IMG/VR virus record: IMGVR_UViG_3300046777_001724
Location: 1-60,892 of that record
Reading direction: 5' to 3' (one strand)
From: a virus
Taxonomy: Duplodnaviria; Caudoviricetes
Length of the DNA stretch: 60,892 bases
A model generated the notes under the pieces. That model saw only the letters and a program-made list of their open reading frames with translations. It was not told the origin of the DNA and did not search any database. Both the position numbers and the translations under genes were made by a program. This document shows positions 58,071 to 60,892 of the stretch, piece after piece (position 1 is the stretch's first letter; each line of letters opens with the position of its first letter).

Positions 58071-59669
58071 ATGCTATTCAATTATTTAAAGTTGGGTTAT
58101 CCATCTTTATGGCTTAAGACCAAAGAACCTTATCGATCAGTAGAGTCTGTTCTTAATTATGATTTTAGAACATATTTTACAATTACTCCGGATACAGGTT
58201 TTTCACAGTATATTGATGGTACTTGGAAATCTGTTCTCGTAGATATTCCATTGCCAGAGGGTGGAACTAAATTATCAGTTATCTATGATGTTAGTGTTGC
58301 ATGGCACTGGTTGACAACAAATAAATTTGATAATCCAATTACTTTCATAGTTTCTATTTTGGGTAAGCCTGATCAGATTATTCCAGTCTATGCCCCCATT
58401 GCTTCTTCTCTAAACGCTAAGTACAGAGATGTATTTTGGTCTGATAATATAGATAGTTCTTTAATTCAACTTCTTTTTGTTTCTTCTTTTGATGCTCCAG
58501 AAGAATTTGCCGGCTTGTTTAAGCATGTTGAATTTTCTATACCTGATTCAAAAGAATTATCAACCATTGTTTCTCATATATCTGATTCTTCTGATGGAAG
58601 ATTTGTTCAGGAAGATGAAGTTAAAGATATAGTTCGTGCAGGCATTGGTCTTACTGAGTCTGACTTTATAGATCTTTGTCTTCAATCAATTGTTACTTCT
58701 AATAAAATAGATCATAAGTTTATTTATGATTCTAAGATGAAGCACATCAAGGATTCTGGTATCCTTGAAATTATTAAACCAAATATTACTTTTGATGATA
58801 TTGGTGGTTTGGATAATATCAAAGACCTAATCAAGCGCACTGCTTTTCTTTGGCAGAATAAAGAACAAGCAAAAGAATTTGGTATTACACCAATTCGTAG
58901 AGTTCTGATGGTTGGTATTCCTGGTACTGGCAAGTCAGCAATCTGTCAAGCTACTGCAGCTGAACTTGGTCTTGACCTTGCACGCACTGGTGTAAGTCAA
59001 GTTATGAATTCTTTTATTGGTCAATCAGAGCAGAACATGCGAGCTGTTTTTCAACAGATTAAAATGATGACTCCGCTTTGTGTTTGGATTGACGAATTTG
59101 GTAGAGACATGTCTGGTGGTCAATCTTCTGGACATGTTGATGGTGGCACTACTGATCGTGTCCATGGTGAGTTTCTTACTGGCCTACAAGAGCTTCCTGA
59201 GGACACCTTCCTTATGTGTGCTGCCAATCAGCTTGATCACCTAAAGCCAGAAATGCTACGTGCTGATCGCTTTGATAAGATTGTCTTTGTTGGTATGCCT
59301 TCTTTTGAAGAGCGTATGGATATCTTTAGAATTTACCTTGAGCCAATTAAAACAGATCATAAGTTTAATTACGAAGCACTAGCTCGTGCAACAGAATGTT
59401 TTACTGGTGCAGAAATTTCTTCTCTTATTAAAGAAGTAAAATTCTATGTTGTCAGCTCTGACTTTAGAGCTATAACAACTGAAGACCTTGTTTCTTATGC
59501 TCCAATGATGCGTAATACTATTTGGAACAAACACAGAGACATGGTAAAATCAATGTATCAGTTTGCATTGGAACAATGGGATTGGGCTTCTTCTTCTCAG
59601 CTTGAAGAAGCTAAATTAGTTATTACCGGAAAAGCTGCAGTATCAGAACAAGTTTCATTTAAAATATAG
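58071..59669 (+). CDS. AAA+ ATPase (Ycf46/Cdc48-like, degenerate first plus active second module)
   Basis: FDDIGGL, GIPGTGKS, FIGQSE, WIDE, LRADRFD, FTGAEI. Confidence 0.9.
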   Translation: MLFNYLKLGYPSLWLKTKEPYRSVESVLNYDFRTYFTITPDTGFSQYIDGTWKSVLVDIPLPEGGTKLSVIYDVSVAWHWLTTNKFDNPITFIVSILGKPDQIIPVYAPIASSLNAKYRDVFWSDNIDSSLIQLLFVSSFDAPEEFAGLFKHVEFSIPDSKELSTIVSHISDSSDGRFVQEDEVKDIVRAGIGLTESDFIDLCLQSIVTSNKIDHKFIYDSKMKHIKDSGILEIIKPNITFDDIGGLDNIKDLIKRTAFLWQNKEQAKEFGITPIRRVLMVGIPGTGKSAICQATAAELGLDLARTGVSQVMNSFIGQSEQNMRAVFQQIKMMTPLCVWIDEFGRDMSGGQSSGHVDGGTTDRVHGEFLTGLQELPEDTFLMCAANQLDHLKPEMLRADRFDKIVFVGMPSFEERMDIFRIYLEPIKTDHKFNYEALARATECFTGAEISSLIKEVKFYVVSSDFRAITTEDLVSYAPMMRNTIWNKHRDMVKSMYQFALEQWDWASSSQLEEAKLVITGKAAVSEQVSFKI

Positions 59670-59678
59670 GAGAATGTA

Positions 59679-60311
59679 ATGTCAGAAGAGTTTCCAGACG
59701 TAGAAGATTTCATCGAAGCTTTTACCAATAGTTCAGAACCTAAAGTCACAACTGAAGAAAAACAGTATGATCAAGATCTTTATAAGAAGTGGTTCAGATC
59801 TAAAACACAAAGCGGATTTTTATCTATTAAGCCATGGTATCAAGGTCTTAAATTTAAGATTGATATTGGTAAGACATCTCCAGATGGCAAGCTATTAAGC
59901 AGCACAATGATATTCGTTGATGCAATAGACTTTGCTGCTTATCTTCAGTCTATTTCCAATGGTACTGGAGCAGTGAATTACCCTGCGAATGATAAGTCAG
60001 GCGTACCAACAGCAGAAGGTTTTGTATCTTATGGTGGTGGAATCATAGAATCCAAGCCTGTCTCTAGAATCTTTAAAGCACACTACTGGCAGAACTCAGA
60101 TAATACATTTGATTCATCTGCTTTTGCTTGGAAGTGCGGTCACTTTGCTGCTAGAAAAACAGAGAGTGGAGCTTTCATTCCTGATATGAAGTCACCACTT
60201 TCTGTTGACTCTATTAAAGTAACTAGACAGGATGTACTAAGTATTTCTTATATGCTAAACTTATCATTAGTTTCTCATGTAACAAATAATTCAGATTGGT
60301 ATAATATATGA
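59679..60311 (+). CDS. Hypothetical protein
   Basis: AGGAG SD. Confidence 0.8.
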   Translation: MSEEFPDVEDFIEAFTNSSEPKVTTEEKQYDQDLYKKWFRSKTQSGFLSIKPWYQGLKFKIDIGKTSPDGKLLSSTMIFVDAIDFAAYLQSISNGTGAVNYPANDKSGVPTAEGFVSYGGGIIESKPVSRIFKAHYWQNSDNTFDSSAFAWKCGHFAARKTESGAFIPDMKSPLSVDSIKVTRQDVLSISYMLNLSLVSHVTNNSDWYNI

Positions 60312-60667
60312 CAGATAAAGAAGTTGACTTTAAAGATATTCTAGAATCTATTTTAGTATCTATCAATGCTCAGACAAATATTAGGTTTTCTGAACTTGAA
60401 GAAAAAATAGAAAAAATAGAACAACAAATAGCAACTCTTACATTAGCATATGGCGAAACAGCAATATTCTTAGAAGCTCTTGTGGGCCAGCTTGCTTTTG
60501 CTTCAGATGATGCTCAAAAAAACTTTCATTCTACTTTATCTGAAAGTAGAAAATCTATGTTAGAGGTAATGCAGAGTGCAGCACAAGGATTCGTGGGTGA
60601 CGATAGTCCAGTCGTTGGAGCAACCCTTAGCGACTTGGCTCAGCAAAAGCTTGCTGAGACAGATTAA
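60308..60667 (+). CDS. Coiled-coil hypothetical protein
   Basis: ATGA overlap with the upstream gene. Confidence 0.75.
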   Translation: MTDKEVDFKDILESILVSINAQTNIRFSELEEKIEKIEQQIATLTLAYGETAIFLEALVGQLAFASDDAQKNFHSTLSESRKSMLEVMQSAAQGFVGDDSPVVGATLSDLAQQKLAETD

Positions 60668-60892
60668 TCAGTTTGATTCTGTTTTATTTTTAGATAAAGC
60701 AAACTATCTGTTACTTAACGATTTACAATATTTAAATAAAATCTATCCTATTGTAAAAAGTTACTATCCTACAACTAGATCTTTATTCTTAGTTCAAACA
60801 CATTTCTTAGAATTTATTAAAAATGATGAGATAGAACTATATTCAATTGAGGTAATGTAATGTTTAAATTTAGATTTGATTCTTCTGAAGAA

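Noticed and set aside
1-60892. Stop-codon reassignment, introns/inteins, DGR, transposase or integrase
   Set aside because: Genes pack tightly under code 11; terL, recA and the helicase are uninterrupted; no RT, transposase or recombinase motifs seen.

Overview
This window is part of a large lytic dsDNA phage genome (standard genetic code). The host is most likely an actinobacterium, given the WhiB, Rpf-type transglycosylase, TM-LysM and DUF732-like genes. Layout: (i) 1-12.2 kb is a minus-strand, AT-rich late/virion module: a DHPQY-motif structural protein, terminase large subunit, Gly/Ala-rich putative internal virion proteins (one with a DEDD exonuclease domain) and a Clp-type AAA+ ATPase. 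(ii) 12.5-15.4 kb holds recA and small genes. (iii) 15.7-35 kb is a plus-strand, early-type region of short transcription units. These are separated first by 14 copies of a terminator-coupled motif TTTTATGRGTAG..AGACCT (16.3-24.7 kb) and then by 11 copies of AAAATAGGGG (24.8-34.8 kb), and the region contains several structured non-coding elements. (iv) Two paralogous ~830-860 aa single-subunit two-barrel (YonO/RdRP-like) RNA polymerase candidates show an apparently permuted catalytic barrel. (v) 38-53 kb encodes an SF2 helicase, a deaminase, a subtilisin, WhiB, an M50 protease and a rearranged tRNA-like RNA; five canonical tRNAs lie between 31 and 48 kb. (vi) 53-60 kb is a phage-encoded ubiquitin-like operon (E2-like, JAB, E1/ThiF, Ubl ending in KG, AAA+ ATPase) with a candidate -1 frameshift signal in the JAB gene. 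All assignments come from reading motifs by eye; no searches or folding programs were run.
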